From assembly GCA_046598345.1 (NCBI GenBank), contig JBKJIT010000001.1:108251-172250 (forward strand): a DNA stretch of 64,000 bases. Direction: 5' to 3'. Every line of letters begins with the position of its first letter. Positions within the stretch are counted from its first letter, which is position 1. The position numbers and the translations under genes are program-made. The notes beneath the pieces were generated by a model. That model was not told the origin of the DNA. It saw nothing but the letters and a program-made list of their open reading frames with translations, and did not search any database. This document shows, in pieces, positions 17,239 through 28,061 of the stretch. This DNA comes from Minisyncoccia bacterium. Its GTDB lineage: Bacteria; Patescibacteriota; Minisyncoccia; Phycocordibacterales; UBA918.

Positions 17239-17601
17239 ATGACATTCGAAGGTCCCAGCCCATCTTCGTCTGAGAAAAAGATGTCAGCGGAGGAATTAGG
17301 GGTTCTTGAAAAAGAATTTGATACACAATTATCTAAAATCCTGTCTGGACAATCGGATATCGTAGCACGTGTAAGGGAATTTTTTAGTTATCCAAAGGCA
17401 GTTGAGAAAAAGCAGTTAGCGCTATCTTCAGCTTATGGCCCGCAGCCCTTCAGTGGCAACATGGAAAATGTGGTAGGACAAGAAACACTCGAGGGTCTTA
17501 TCCGGGATAGTGCTGGCACTGAAAAGCAAAAAGAATATCTTGCAATAAGAACAGAAATAGAAAAGTTACGGGAACAGTATCGATATAACGCGAACATTTA
17601 A
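17239..17601 (+). CDS. Hypothetical protein
   Basis: 120-aa ORF in an AT-rich gap with TGTTATAAT upstream; no recognised family. Confidence 0.6.
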   Translation: MTFEGPSPSSSEKKMSAEELGVLEKEFDTQLSKILSGQSDIVARVREFFSYPKAVEKKQLALSSAYGPQPFSGNMENVVGQETLEGLIRDSAGTEKQKEYLAIRTEIEKLREQYRYNANI

Positions 17602-17715
17602 ATTAGCGGAATTATTTCCGACCATTCAGTGATGGTGTAAACATTTTGGAGAAATAAATAAATCCTAAGGTAAAAAAGCATTCATGCTTAAGTCTGCCAA
17701 TTGTAGCGTTTGTAT

Positions 17716-18828
17716 ATGAAAATCCTTATCGCGACAGGTTTATATCCTCCCGACATCGGAGGTCCTGCAACGCATACACTCTTTCTTGAAAAAAATCTTC
17801 CGACGCATGGCATTTCGTACGCTGTGGTTCCCTTTGGTTCCGTACGGAAATATCCTCCGCTCATTCGTCATCTCGTATATGCAGTAAAACTCCTTCGAGC
17901 GGGACGCTCATGTGATGCGCTCTATGCGCTCGATACGGTTTCAGTGGGTTTTCCTTGCATGCTCGCTGCAATACTCCTCCGCAAACCGTTCTATCTTCGT
18001 GTTCCGGGTGATTATGCGTGGGAGCAGGGCCAGCAGCGATGGGGACTTATGGAAACGCTCGATGCGTACCTTGAGGAACGAAAGCACGCGCCGTTTTTTG
18101 TTCGACTTTTTGCATTCATCCAAACGCGTGTGGCGCGTAGAGCGACGCATGTCATTGTGCCAAGTGACTACATGAAACGTGTGGTGACATCATGGGGTAT
18201 TGATGCTCATCGCATTACACGCGTCTACAGTGCTCTTCAATCTCTTGAAGTCCGTGAACCCAAAGAAGTGCTTCGGAAGCAATTTGGTTTAAAAGGATTT
18301 GTGGTCATGACCGCTGCGCGCCTCGTGCCGTGGAAGGGGGTGAGCGCGCTCATTGATGCAATTGCGTCCCTCAGAAAAGAAGGATTCGATGTATCGCTCC
18401 AGGTCGTGGGTGATGGTCCACTCCGAGAGACGCTGAGGAAACGTGCTTGGGAAAAGGGGATTGCAGAGTGTGTGTACTTTCAGGGCGCGGTGTCCCATGA
18501 CCTCCTTGCAAAGTATCTCAAAGCGTCTGATGCGTTTGTGCTTAACACCTCCTATGAGGGAATGTCACATCAACTTCTCGAAGTCATGAGTCTCGGGATT
18601 CCCGTTATTACGACGCCTGTGGGGGGAAACGAAGAACTCATTACCCATATGCAGGAGGGAATTCTTGTACCCTTTAATGATACAGAAAAAATTAAAGAAG
18701 CACTTAAGGAACTATGCGAAAGTGAACAACTTCGGAGCGCACTCGTGGCCCACGCGCGACTCCGACTCTCTGCTTTTTCTGAAGACACGAGCATACGAGA
18801 GATTGTGTCCGTCTTAAAAAACGGATAA
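17716..18828 (+). CDS. Glycosyltransferase family 4
   Basis: YPPDIGGPA, RLVPWKG, YEGMSHQLLE. Confidence 0.9.
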   Translation: MKILIATGLYPPDIGGPATHTLFLEKNLPTHGISYAVVPFGSVRKYPPLIRHLVYAVKLLRAGRSCDALYALDTVSVGFPCMLAAILLRKPFYLRVPGDYAWEQGQQRWGLMETLDAYLEERKHAPFFVRLFAFIQTRVARRATHVIVPSDYMKRVVTSWGIDAHRITRVYSALQSLEVREPKEVLRKQFGLKGFVVMTAARLVPWKGVSALIDAIASLRKEGFDVSLQVVGDGPLRETLRKRAWEKGIAECVYFQGAVSHDLLAKYLKASDAFVLNTSYEGMSHQLLEVMSLGIPVITTPVGGNEELITHMQEGILVPFNDTEKIKEALKELCESEQLRSALVAHARLRLSAFSEDTSIREIVSVLKNG

Positions 18829-18887
18829 TTTTTAAAATGCGTTCAGGCTTGTAAAGATGCTGTAATAAGATATCGTACTCTCTATCT

Positions 18888-20030
18888 ATGCATGTTGTAA
18901 GCTTAGCGCTTGATCCAAAAACACTCGACCCTGAAAGCGTCGTGGCGTTTCGAAACCGTGCGTACGGGAGACTCACCGAGCACTATTCGATTGTTGTTCC
19001 ATCTCCCGCTACGATGGTGGTGCATCTTTCAGATAAGACTACGGTGTACGGCGTGGGTGGTTTTCATAAAGTGGTGCAGCTTATTTCTATGTACCGGCGC
19101 GCGAGGGCCCTCATTCGTGCAGGGAAGTGTGATGTGATTACCAGCCAGGATATGTACTTCCTCGGTCTCCTCGGTCTTTTCCTCGCGCGCCGGTACCACC
19201 TCGGCTTAGAAGTGCAGGTGCTTGGCATTGAAAAACTCACGCCGTTCCGAAAACGGATTGCGCTCTTTGTGCTACATCGCGCCGGAGTGGTGCGCGCACT
19301 CAGTGATCGTCTTAAAGATCGCCTCATTACTGAGTTTAATGTCCCTGAGAAACTCATTAACGTGGTCACGATCTATGTGGACGTACAGAAGCTTGGTCTT
19401 GATGTGCGATCCTTGAAAGGTAAAGACACAGAGGAGTTTGAACGTCTCACGCGTGCATTCCGCGAACAGTATGGAAGCCGGATGAATTTCCTCTCCGTTT
19501 CAAGGCTCGTGCCGATTAAGCGAATTGAGCTTCAGCTCGAAGCCATCGCTGCACTCAAACAGCGATTTCCGCAGGTAATGCTCCACATTGTAGGGGATGG
19601 TCCAGATGAAGTACGCATCAAGACACTCGTCTCAAACCTTGGACTCGAAAAGGAAGTACTATTCCATGGGTATCAAACCGGATACGCGCTCGGTATGTTC
19701 TACATTGAGTGTGATTGTTTTCTTCTTACTTCCGATTACGAAGGATGGGGGATGGTCATTATTGAGGCTGCGACAGCAGGACTTCCTATCATCATGACTG
19801 ATGTCGGGTGTGCACGTGAATTCATTCGGGATGAGAAAAGCGGGCTCGTCATTCCACCTCAGGATGGGCAGGCGCTCATAGGCGCAATGGAGCGAGTTAT
19901 TACAGACCCGGAATTGAGACAGAAACTCTCGGTCGGCGCAATACAGGCGCTTGCGCAACTACCGAGCTTTGATACGATTCTCATGCGTTATAAAGAAAAT
20001 TGGGAGGTTGCCTTGTCCAGACGGATGTAA
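18888..20030 (+). CDS. Glycosyltransferase family 4
   Basis: SRLVPIK, SDYEGWGMVIIEA. Confidence 0.9.
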   Translation: MHVVSLALDPKTLDPESVVAFRNRAYGRLTEHYSIVVPSPATMVVHLSDKTTVYGVGGFHKVVQLISMYRRARALIRAGKCDVITSQDMYFLGLLGLFLARRYHLGLEVQVLGIEKLTPFRKRIALFVLHRAGVVRALSDRLKDRLITEFNVPEKLINVVTIYVDVQKLGLDVRSLKGKDTEEFERLTRAFREQYGSRMNFLSVSRLVPIKRIELQLEAIAALKQRFPQVMLHIVGDGPDEVRIKTLVSNLGLEKEVLFHGYQTGYALGMFYIECDCFLLTSDYEGWGMVIIEAATAGLPIIMTDVGCAREFIRDEKSGLVIPPQDGQALIGAMERVITDPELRQKLSVGAIQALAQLPSFDTILMRYKENWEVALSRRM

Positions 20031-20039
20031 TTATTTTTT

Positions 20040-20975
20040 ATGAATATACTTATCACAGGAGGAGCAGGGTTTCAGGGAAGCCATCTCGCAGAACGCATGC
20101 TCGCAAAGGGACATTCAGTAACTATCCTCAATACCTTTTCTGATGAGAAAAAGCGCAACATCGCTTCATTCCAGGATAAGCTTAATGTCGTCTTTGGATC
20201 TATCACTGATCCAGTTCTCATTGAAAAGACCGTCCGTGGTCACGATGTGGTATTTCACCTCGCTGCGAATGTGAACGTTGATCACTCACTCTCTGATCCA
20301 AAGAGTTTTCTCGATGTGAACGTTATGGGAACGTTTAATATTTTGGAGCAGGTGCGGGCGCATGGCATCCGTATGATTCATGCATCAACGTGTGAAGTAT
20401 ACGGCGATGGGCATGACCTAAAGGACGGGGAACTGCTCGATGAGACCGCAGAGCTTAAGCCGAAGAGTCCATACGCGGCATCGAAGGCTGCAGCTGACCG
20501 TCTCTGCTACGCGTATCACGCGTCATTTGGGGTAAATGTAACTATCGTGCGCCCGTTTAATATTTTTGGGGAACGACAAAAGAGCGGAACGTTCGGAGCG
20601 CTCATTCCAATTCTCGTACGTAAGGCGATGTCGGGAGAAAAGCTTACGGTTTTTGGCGATGGTACTGCAACGCGTGATTATCTGCACGTCAGTGATCTCG
20701 TGAGTGCGTATGAGCTCGTAATGGATACATCAGGACTCGAAGGAAAAAGTATTAACTTTGCGAGCGGAAAGAACACATCCGTAAAAGAAATTGCAGAATA
20801 TATTGGAAAGAAGTTTAGTGCAGAAGTGAAGCATGGTCCTGCGCGTCCCGGAGAGGTGACGCGTTTCCCTGCAGATATTTCGTACGCAGAGAGTATTGGA
20901 TTTGCTCCACAAATTTCAATATGGAATGGCATCGACCGGTACATTGAATGGGCGAAAAAAGAAGCTCAAGTGTAA
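20040..20975 (+). CDS. NDP-sugar dehydratase/epimerase (dTDP-glucose 4,6-dehydratase-like)
   Basis: TGGAGFQG, HLAA, STCEVYG, SPYAASK. Confidence 0.88.
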   Translation: MNILITGGAGFQGSHLAERMLAKGHSVTILNTFSDEKKRNIASFQDKLNVVFGSITDPVLIEKTVRGHDVVFHLAANVNVDHSLSDPKSFLDVNVMGTFNILEQVRAHGIRMIHASTCEVYGDGHDLKDGELLDETAELKPKSPYAASKAAADRLCYAYHASFGVNVTIVRPFNIFGERQKSGTFGALIPILVRKAMSGEKLTVFGDGTATRDYLHVSDLVSAYELVMDTSGLEGKSINFASGKNTSVKEIAEYIGKKFSAEVKHGPARPGEVTRFPADISYAESIGFAPQISIWNGIDRYIEWAKKEAQV

Positions 20976-21031
20976 GTAGGGTGAGTGGGTAGCTTTGAAT
21001 AGTCGCCTTGAACAGACGGTATACTATCTGT

Positions 21032-22402
21032 GTGCCAAAACGAGATCTCTCACAATTCATTCCACCTATTGATCCTGCAAAACATGCAGCGGGTGTTTTA
21101 AATTCAGTGTTAGAAAAAACGGGAACACAATCTCAATCGCCAGCGAGTGAAGACACTCTGGCACGTATGGAGAATGCATGGGGTCATATTGAGGCAGGAA
21201 AGGCGCTGACGGGAGGATCAGTTTTGGAGCGAAGTGCTTCCGGCCGTTCGCTCCGACTTCTCATTCTTTCGCGCGATCTTGCGCTCTTTGAAGGAGGAAG
21301 TCTTGCTCAGAATCAGCTTCTCGAACTTGCCGAGCGTTTTTCAGAAGTTCATGTCATCGTACTCTCAGTGACCGGGACGGGATCCAAAGTCCCTCTGCGC
21401 ATTCAGAATCAAGTATGGGTGTACCCGACGTACTCAAAGTACTGGTGGAAAACAGGCTTCGATGCGTATCGCATCGCGGAGGAGCAGCTATCATTTGCGC
21501 AGGGTTTTCGAGCAGATCTCGTCATTGCACACGATCCGTTTGAATCTGGAGTGGCCGCGCATTTCATTGCAAAAAAGTACGAGCGGCCACTCCAGATTCA
21601 TGTGCGCGAAGATTTTTACGATCCGCATTTTAAGCTTCTGGATGAACACAACAGTCTAAGGGTGTTTGTGGCGTCCTATGCACTCAGTCACGCAGAATCG
21701 ATTCGGACAAAGACAGCGTATATTCGTGAACGCTTGATCTCGGAGGATCCTCACCTGGAAAAGCGCACAGAAGTACTTCCAAACTATATTAATTTAAAAG
21801 CTTGGCGAGATGCCGTCCCAGCGTTCAGTCTGGAGATGCGCTATCCTCAATTTAAATTCATCATCGTTCATATTTCACAGATGACTAAAGCATCGCACAC
21901 GCAAGAGGTTATTAACGGTACGCTTCGACTCCTCAGTCAGTACCCTATGATGGGACTCGTCATTGTTGGCTCGGGGCCACTTCGTGCTACGTACGAGAAA
22001 TATGTTACTGAACTCAAGATGACGCGTCAGATTATTTTTGAACCCATGCCTGACGAAGTGCTCTCGCATTTAAAAACGGCGCACGTATGTATCCACCTCT
22101 CCATTGACGACGCGGAATCACACATCCCACTCATGGCGGCTGCGGCAAAGATCCCCATGATCATCAATGCAGAAGCAGGTAAGGAAATATTTAAAGACAA
22201 TGAATCTGCATTTCTCTGCGGAGCGACAGACGTAGAGTGTGTGGGGGCAAGGCTTAATACATTTCTTAATCAAAATGCGCTTCGGACAAGTTTTGGTGAT
22301 GAGGCAGAAAATGCTATCTTTACCCATATTGAGCAAGATTTTGAGTCATATATGGACGCCTATGCGGGAAGCATAGAACGTTCCTTTGCGCAGGCGAGTT
22401 AG
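21032..22402 (+). CDS. Divergent GT4-fold protein
   Basis: GT-B-like layout (DPFESG, IVGSGPLR) but the EX7E motif is degenerate; start uncertain. Confidence 0.7.
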   Translation: MPKRDLSQFIPPIDPAKHAAGVLNSVLEKTGTQSQSPASEDTLARMENAWGHIEAGKALTGGSVLERSASGRSLRLLILSRDLALFEGGSLAQNQLLELAERFSEVHVIVLSVTGTGSKVPLRIQNQVWVYPTYSKYWWKTGFDAYRIAEEQLSFAQGFRADLVIAHDPFESGVAAHFIAKKYERPLQIHVREDFYDPHFKLLDEHNSLRVFVASYALSHAESIRTKTAYIRERLISEDPHLEKRTEVLPNYINLKAWRDAVPAFSLEMRYPQFKFIIVHISQMTKASHTQEVINGTLRLLSQYPMMGLVIVGSGPLRATYEKYVTELKMTRQIIFEPMPDEVLSHLKTAHVCIHLSIDDAESHIPLMAAAAKIPMIINAEAGKEIFKDNESAFLCGATDVECVGARLNTFLNQNALRTSFGDEAENAIFTHIEQDFESYMDAYAGSIERSFAQAS

Positions 22403-22428
22403 GGTAAAGGCAGTAATGAGAATTTTGG

Positions 22429-23439
22429 ATGCGACTACTCATCACCACTCAGACAGTTGATACAGAAGACCCTATTCTTGGTTTTTTTCATGGGTGGCTG
22501 ATTGAACTCTCTAAGCATGTTGAACATATTCATGTGGTGTGTCTTCGTAAAGGAGCCTACACCCTTCCGCAAAACATCACCGTTCACTCGTTGGGAAAAG
22601 AAGATCGACAAAATCGGCTCGCGTACGTTCTTACCTTTTATAAAAATGTGTGGAAGCTCCGCAACGAATACGACATTGTGTTTTCTCATATGAATCCCCA
22701 CTACATTGTTCTTGCAGGATTATTTTGGCTCATAACCGGCAAACGAATCTTTCTCTGGAGAAATCATGCGAAGATGAACATGAAGAGTCGTATCGCGGCG
22801 TGGTTTTCAAGACGTGTGTTTTACACTTCTCCGTATGCATGTATGCGGCGATTCCGGCATTCTATGCAGATGCCGGTGGGAATTGATACGGAATTATTTA
22901 AGCCACAGCCAGAAATCGTGCGCGAAGAGGGAACAGTCCTTTTTCTCGGCCGTCTTTCTCCAGTGAAGCGTCCTGAACTCATGATGGAAAGCACAAAGCA
23001 TGTGCCGGAGCTTCGTATACATGTGTACGGGGACGAGCCCGGCGGCTCGCATACGTATGGTGACGCACTGAGGGCACAGAGTGGGGAAAACACTTCCTTT
23101 TTTCCTTCGCTTCCAAATTATAAAACTCCGAAAGTGTACGCTGCTCACGATATCTATGTAAATCTTACTCCAGAAGGAAGTATGGATAAAACGGTTCTTG
23201 AGGCCGCAGCATGCGGCACACTCGTGCTCGTTTCAAATCGCTCGTTCCAGGATGTATTACCACCGGAATGTACTCTCGCCCATGACCGACCGGAAGATAT
23301 TGGAGCAGCACTTCGAACACTCATACATCTTGCCCCAGAGAAAAAAAATAGCTATCGTGTAACCTTAAACCAAATGGTTCTTGAGTCCCATTCTCTAAAG
23401 AAACTTGTGAACACCCTCATTAGTCAGTTTGCATCATGA
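22429..23439 (+). CDS. Glycosyltransferase family 4
   Basis: GIDTELF, GRLSPVK, GSMDKTVLEA. Confidence 0.88.
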   Translation: MRLLITTQTVDTEDPILGFFHGWLIELSKHVEHIHVVCLRKGAYTLPQNITVHSLGKEDRQNRLAYVLTFYKNVWKLRNEYDIVFSHMNPHYIVLAGLFWLITGKRIFLWRNHAKMNMKSRIAAWFSRRVFYTSPYACMRRFRHSMQMPVGIDTELFKPQPEIVREEGTVLFLGRLSPVKRPELMMESTKHVPELRIHVYGDEPGGSHTYGDALRAQSGENTSFFPSLPNYKTPKVYAAHDIYVNLTPEGSMDKTVLEAAACGTLVLVSNRSFQDVLPPECTLAHDRPEDIGAALRTLIHLAPEKKNSYRVTLNQMVLESHSLKKLVNTLISQFAS

Positions 23440-24278
23440 CACATATCGATTTCATAGGTATCGGAGCGCAAAAATCAGCCACATCGTGGGTGTATGCCTG
23501 TCTCTACGAACATCCGCAGATTTGTGCACCGATTAAGGAAATACACTTCTTTAGTCGCCCTCGCTTTAGCGAGGGAAAAGAGTGGTATGAAGATCATTTT
23601 AAACGCTGTGGAGAAGGAAAACTGTGTGGGGAATTTTCGACCTCGTATCTGTATTCGAAAGACGCGCCCCTGCGCATTCATTCTTTGTACCCGAACGCTA
23701 AACTTATTGCCATCCTTAGGAATCCTATTGATCGCGCATACTCGCACTATCGAAATGCAATCAAGGCGGGAGAAATCAAGGAATCAGAATCGTTTGAATC
23801 GTTCAGCGCACGGGAAGTGAGTGTGCTGGAGCAGGGTCTCTTCACACAGCAGCTCACGCGGTATTTCGAACTTTTCCCGCGCGAGCAAGTCCTCATTCTT
23901 ATTCAGGAAGATATTGAAAAAAGTCCGGAGGCATTTATGGAACGGATTTTTACGTTTCTAGGAGTCGACTCTACTTTTGTGCCAACTATGCTCCATACGC
24001 AAGTAAATGTTGGACGCATCCCAAAACGTGTGTTTATTGACCGCATGATGACGCACACTGCAGAATTTCTCCGAAAGATTGGATTTGATCGCTTTGTGTG
24101 GATTATTCGGAAACTTGGAATGCCCGACTTTGTGCGTTCATTTAATACTAAGGAGGGCAAGAAAGAAGGTAAGCCTCCCTATGATCGCGGAGCACTCGCA
24201 GCGTATTTTCGAGATGATGTGCGCGGCCTCACAGAATTTTTGGGGCGTGATATGGTAAAGGAATGGAACCTCGAGTAA
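23436..24278 (+). CDS. PAPS-dependent sulfotransferase
   Basis: 5'-PSB loop GAQKSATS, KEIHFF, 3'-PB motif LRNPIDRAYSHY. Confidence 0.9.
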   Translation: MTHIDFIGIGAQKSATSWVYACLYEHPQICAPIKEIHFFSRPRFSEGKEWYEDHFKRCGEGKLCGEFSTSYLYSKDAPLRIHSLYPNAKLIAILRNPIDRAYSHYRNAIKAGEIKESESFESFSAREVSVLEQGLFTQQLTRYFELFPREQVLILIQEDIEKSPEAFMERIFTFLGVDSTFVPTMLHTQVNVGRIPKRVFIDRMMTHTAEFLRKIGFDRFVWIIRKLGMPDFVRSFNTKEGKKEGKPPYDRGALAAYFRDDVRGLTEFLGRDMVKEWNLE

Positions 24279-25087
24279 CACATACGCTACGCGATACCCT
24301 CGTAAGTCTCCTGGGGATTTTGGGTATTACAACTCTCTATAACCTGAGAGAAAAACGCCGCGGACCCCTCGTGCGTGTCCTCGTCTTTCATGATGTTACC
24401 GACGCCGTTTGGTTTGATTCTGTCATGAAGGAACTCAGTCTGCATGTTCATTTTCTCAGCCCGAGCGCCTTTGAAGCGGGTAATTTTATGTCGGATCGTG
24501 TAAATGTACTCGTAACCTTCGATGATGGGTACGCATCATGGGTAGAGATCTGTCTTTCGATTCTTGCTAAGTATAAATGCACTGCGGTATTTCTTGTAAA
24601 TTCAGGACTCCTCGATTCAAAAGACAAGAATACGAAAGCGACGTACGTACGTGAGCGCCTCCTCCTTTCCACAATGCGAGAGGTACTGACGTGGGATGGG
24701 CTGAGGGCGCTCGCTCACGAGGGACATACGATTGGGGGACACACGAGAACGCATGCGCGGCTCGGAGAGTTACAGGATGATGTGGCACTAGAAGAAATTC
24801 GAGGTGATAAAGCACGCGTTGAAGCAGAGCTTGACTCAACGCTCACCTGGTTTGCGTATCCCTTTGGAAATCCGGGAGACTACACGAAGCGTACCGCCGC
24901 GCTCGTTAGGGAATCGGGGTACCAGTATGCGTGCACAACTGAGGCGGCATTTGTGTCACCGGGAGGAGAGAGGATGGTGATCCCGCGTCTCTGTTTGCCA
25001 GACGGCCTTTCTCCACGCGCCGTTCGCTCGTGGGTGAGTGGAGGATATGATGTGCTTCGTAAACTAAAAAAACTATGTGTGGAATAA
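24263..25087 (+). CDS. Polysaccharide deacetylase (NodB domain)
   Basis: TFDDGY, IGGHTRTH, FAYPFG. Confidence 0.88.
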   Translation: MEPRVTHTLRDTLVSLLGILGITTLYNLREKRRGPLVRVLVFHDVTDAVWFDSVMKELSLHVHFLSPSAFEAGNFMSDRVNVLVTFDDGYASWVEICLSILAKYKCTAVFLVNSGLLDSKDKNTKATYVRERLLLSTMREVLTWDGLRALAHEGHTIGGHTRTHARLGELQDDVALEEIRGDKARVEAELDSTLTWFAYPFGNPGDYTKRTAALVRESGYQYACTTEAAFVSPGGERMVIPRLCLPDGLSPRAVRSWVSGGYDVLRKLKKLCVE

Positions 25088-26907
25088 ACGGTATTACGAC
25101 AAACGACCCGGCTCGCGTAGATCGAATGAACCAAGCAATTATTCATCGTGGTCCAGACGGTTCGCGGATTTGGGAAGGGAACGGGATTACTCTCGGCCAC
25201 AATCGACTTGCGATTATTGATCTTTCCGACCTTGCAATTCAGCCCATGGCAGGAATTGATGGTCGATACGAGATCGTTTTTAACGGAGAAATCTATAATT
25301 ATCGTGAACTCCGTGCACAGCTTGCATCTAAATACACTTTCAAAACGGAAAGTGATACGGAAGTGCTCATCACTGCGTACCACGAGTGGGGCGAAGCGAT
25401 GTTTGCACGCCTTCGGGGTATGTTCGCGTTTGGTCTCTGGGATAATCGGGAGAAGACGCTTACACTTGTGCGCGACCATATGGGCATTAAACCCCTCTAT
25501 TACACTCAAAAAGAGGGTGTGCTTGCGTTTTCGTCTGAAATACCTGGGTTGCTACAGGGGATAGAAAATCGTGTCCTCAATCGGCGGCGGGTTGGAATGT
25601 ACCTCTCAATGGAATATGTGCCAGGTCCCAAAACGCTCATTGAAGGAGTGTATAAGCTTCAACCCGGACATCTACTCGTGTATGCGCGCGGAGCATATAC
25701 AGTTCGCTCGTATCTTGACGCACTTCCAAAAAAACGTGTGGTCACGGAGGAGGAGATCTACCGTACGATTGATGAAGGAGTGCACCGGCAAATGGTGTCC
25801 GATCGTCCTATCGGCGCATACCTCTCTGGAGGGTTTGATTCTAGTATCGTGGTGCATCACATGGCGAAGCATTCACCGCACACTAAAACGTATTCCGTCG
25901 ATTTTGAAGCAGTGCGGGGTGAGGAGGAGGACAGTGTCAAATTTAATGCCGATGCAGCTCTTGCGAAGCAGACTGCCGCCTTTTATGGCACTGACCATAA
26001 GACTCTTACAATCGGGCTTCAAGACGTGCGCGAGAACATGGAACGTGTGCTTTCGTCCATGAATGAACCGGTCGCAAATTCCACTGCGATCACACAATTT
26101 CTCCTCAGTGATTTTGTACGAAAGGACGGTGTCATTGTTGTCTTAGGCGGCGATGGAGGAGATGAGCTCTTTGCTGGTTACACGCGACACCGACTTGCGA
26201 TGGGTGCGTATATGTACCAGCAACTGCCACACTTCCTTCAACGACTCGGTGGAAGCCTAAGTGCACGTGTTGGAAAGCTTTCCACGCCGTTCTACACGCC
26301 GCTTCACCGCACACTAATGATTAAGGACGAAAAGAAAATTGCTCCCTTTCTTACGAGTGGACTTTCCATTAATCATGAGGTGGAGACTTACTTCAATGCG
26401 CTCTACGAGGACCCGCAGTTTAATGGAGTGCACCCCCTTGATGTATTTATGAATGTCGATCGGAGAACGTGGCTCGCTGATGAGTGTTTCGTGCGTTCCG
26501 ATTACACATCTATGGCGCACGGCATTGAACTCCGAGTGCCACTCCTTGATCTTGATATTATCAAGCTCGCGGACCAACTCTCAATCTGGAAGAAGGTGCT
26601 ACCGCATGAGGGAAAGCGGATTATTCGGAGTACGTATAAACCGTATTTACCAGCCCATCTCTACAACCAACCTAAACGTGGTTGGCTCAGCCCAGCGGCA
26701 AAATGGTTTCGGGACCCCGAGATAAGTTCGTTTGCTCGCGAAGTATTTTCATCGGAGTATTACTCAGGTCTTGACGGTCTATTCAACTGGGAAAGTGTAC
26801 AGTCTATGCTGAATACACATATTGAAAAGAGAGGATATTATCTGTATCCACTTTGGAATATTCTTGTCCTGCAGGTCTGGGCACGGAAGCACAACATATT
26901 TACATGA
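25075..26907 (+). CDS. asnB: Asparagine synthase-like glutamine amidotransferase
   Basis: N-terminal MCGI, HRGPD, FNGEIYN, LSGGFDSS, GDGGDELF. Confidence 0.9.
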   Translation: MCGINGITTNDPARVDRMNQAIIHRGPDGSRIWEGNGITLGHNRLAIIDLSDLAIQPMAGIDGRYEIVFNGEIYNYRELRAQLASKYTFKTESDTEVLITAYHEWGEAMFARLRGMFAFGLWDNREKTLTLVRDHMGIKPLYYTQKEGVLAFSSEIPGLLQGIENRVLNRRRVGMYLSMEYVPGPKTLIEGVYKLQPGHLLVYARGAYTVRSYLDALPKKRVVTEEEIYRTIDEGVHRQMVSDRPIGAYLSGGFDSSIVVHHMAKHSPHTKTYSVDFEAVRGEEEDSVKFNADAALAKQTAAFYGTDHKTLTIGLQDVRENMERVLSSMNEPVANSTAITQFLLSDFVRKDGVIVVLGGDGGDELFAGYTRHRLAMGAYMYQQLPHFLQRLGGSLSARVGKLSTPFYTPLHRTLMIKDEKKIAPFLTSGLSINHEVETYFNALYEDPQFNGVHPLDVFMNVDRRTWLADECFVRSDYTSMAHGIELRVPLLDLDIIKLADQLSIWKKVLPHEGKRIIRSTYKPYLPAHLYNQPKRGWLSPAAKWFRDPEISSFAREVFSSEYYSGLDGLFNWESVQSMLNTHIEKRGYYLYPLWNILVLQVWARKHNIFT

Positions 26908-26937
26908 AGCTTTTATAAAAATAAATAGCTTACCCTC

Positions 26938-28056
26938 ATGTTCTCTTTTTTCAAAGACAAACAGATTGCCCTCATTTTACTCGCAGTGGTGAGCGTGATA
27001 ATCGCATTTACGTATGTCGACAGTCATGCCATAAACGCGATAGGAAGCCCGCGGGTATGGAGTCCGGATACACAAACCTATATAGAAGCAATGAAATTCA
27101 TAGAGGGAAGCAGCACAGGGCCTCTCGAGCCTGTTGTGGCGACCCGGCTCCTCACTTCACCGTTATTGCTCACCTCGGCGCTGGGAATAAAATACATAGT
27201 AGGGGACTACGGATACGGCATTTTGTTTCTAAATTTTGTGCTGTATTTAGTGTCCGTTATTCTTTTTTATCAGTTAGCCCTTCAAATATACAAACAGGAA
27301 AGAATAGCTTTCATCGCTGCTTTTTTATATATCACCAATTGGTGTCTGTTTTCATTTGGCACTACCTATCTTTCAGATATGGGTGGTTGGTTTTTCTTCT
27401 TGCTCACCTCACTCCTCAGTGTTCTGTACTATCTTAAAAATAGAAGCGTATATTTGTATGCCGCAATAGCTGCCGCATGTATTGGCGTGCTCTTTAAAGA
27501 ATACGGCGCGCTCGGGATTATCAGTTTAGGAATGCTTATCATACTAGGCGCTCGTACATGGGGGCAGAAGATTCGAGATATTTTAGTTGCAGGGGTTTCT
27601 TTTCTATTGGTCTTAGTGGCCTACCACGCATGGTTTTATTTCCAGTTTGACTGGAGCTATGTAGATTGGTACCAGTATAATCACCAGCAATATCGAGAGA
27701 ATACCTACAAAACACTTGGTGCTGCCATTAGTACACTTATAAAAGTTATCGGGTGGGTGTTTCTCGCAGGATGGCCTTTTTTCGCGATGGGAGTATGGTA
27801 TGAGATCAAAGATGTCCTAGGACGAAATTACAGTCGCGCTATTCTACTTCTAGGACTCTTGCCTGCCTCGCTCTTTTTCCTTGTGTGGCCTGCTTTTACT
27901 CAGCGTGTTGCATTCACACTCGTTCCGTGGGTTGCATTAATAGCGGCGTATGGTCTCTCAAAAATACAAAAAACATGGTTTCTTGTAGTGCTACTCCTCA
28001 TCTATGCACTCATAAACTATCACGTGGACATACTTATGATAGTAATTAATATATAA
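26938..28056 (+). CDS. Polytopic membrane protein, GT-C (ArnT/PMT-like) glycosyltransferase candidate
   Basis: About 10 TM segments, PD..Y after TM1, LFKE motif; glycan cluster context. Confidence 0.65.
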   Translation: MFSFFKDKQIALILLAVVSVIIAFTYVDSHAINAIGSPRVWSPDTQTYIEAMKFIEGSSTGPLEPVVATRLLTSPLLLTSALGIKYIVGDYGYGILFLNFVLYLVSVILFYQLALQIYKQERIAFIAAFLYITNWCLFSFGTTYLSDMGGWFFFLLTSLLSVLYYLKNRSVYLYAAIAAACIGVLFKEYGALGIISLGMLIILGARTWGQKIRDILVAGVSFLLVLVAYHAWFYFQFDWSYVDWYQYNHQQYRENTYKTLGAAISTLIKVIGWVFLAGWPFFAMGVWYEIKDVLGRNYSRAILLLGLLPASLFFLVWPAFTQRVAFTLVPWVALIAAYGLSKIQKTWFLVVLLLIYALINYHVDILMIVINI

Positions 28057-28061
28057 ATTGC

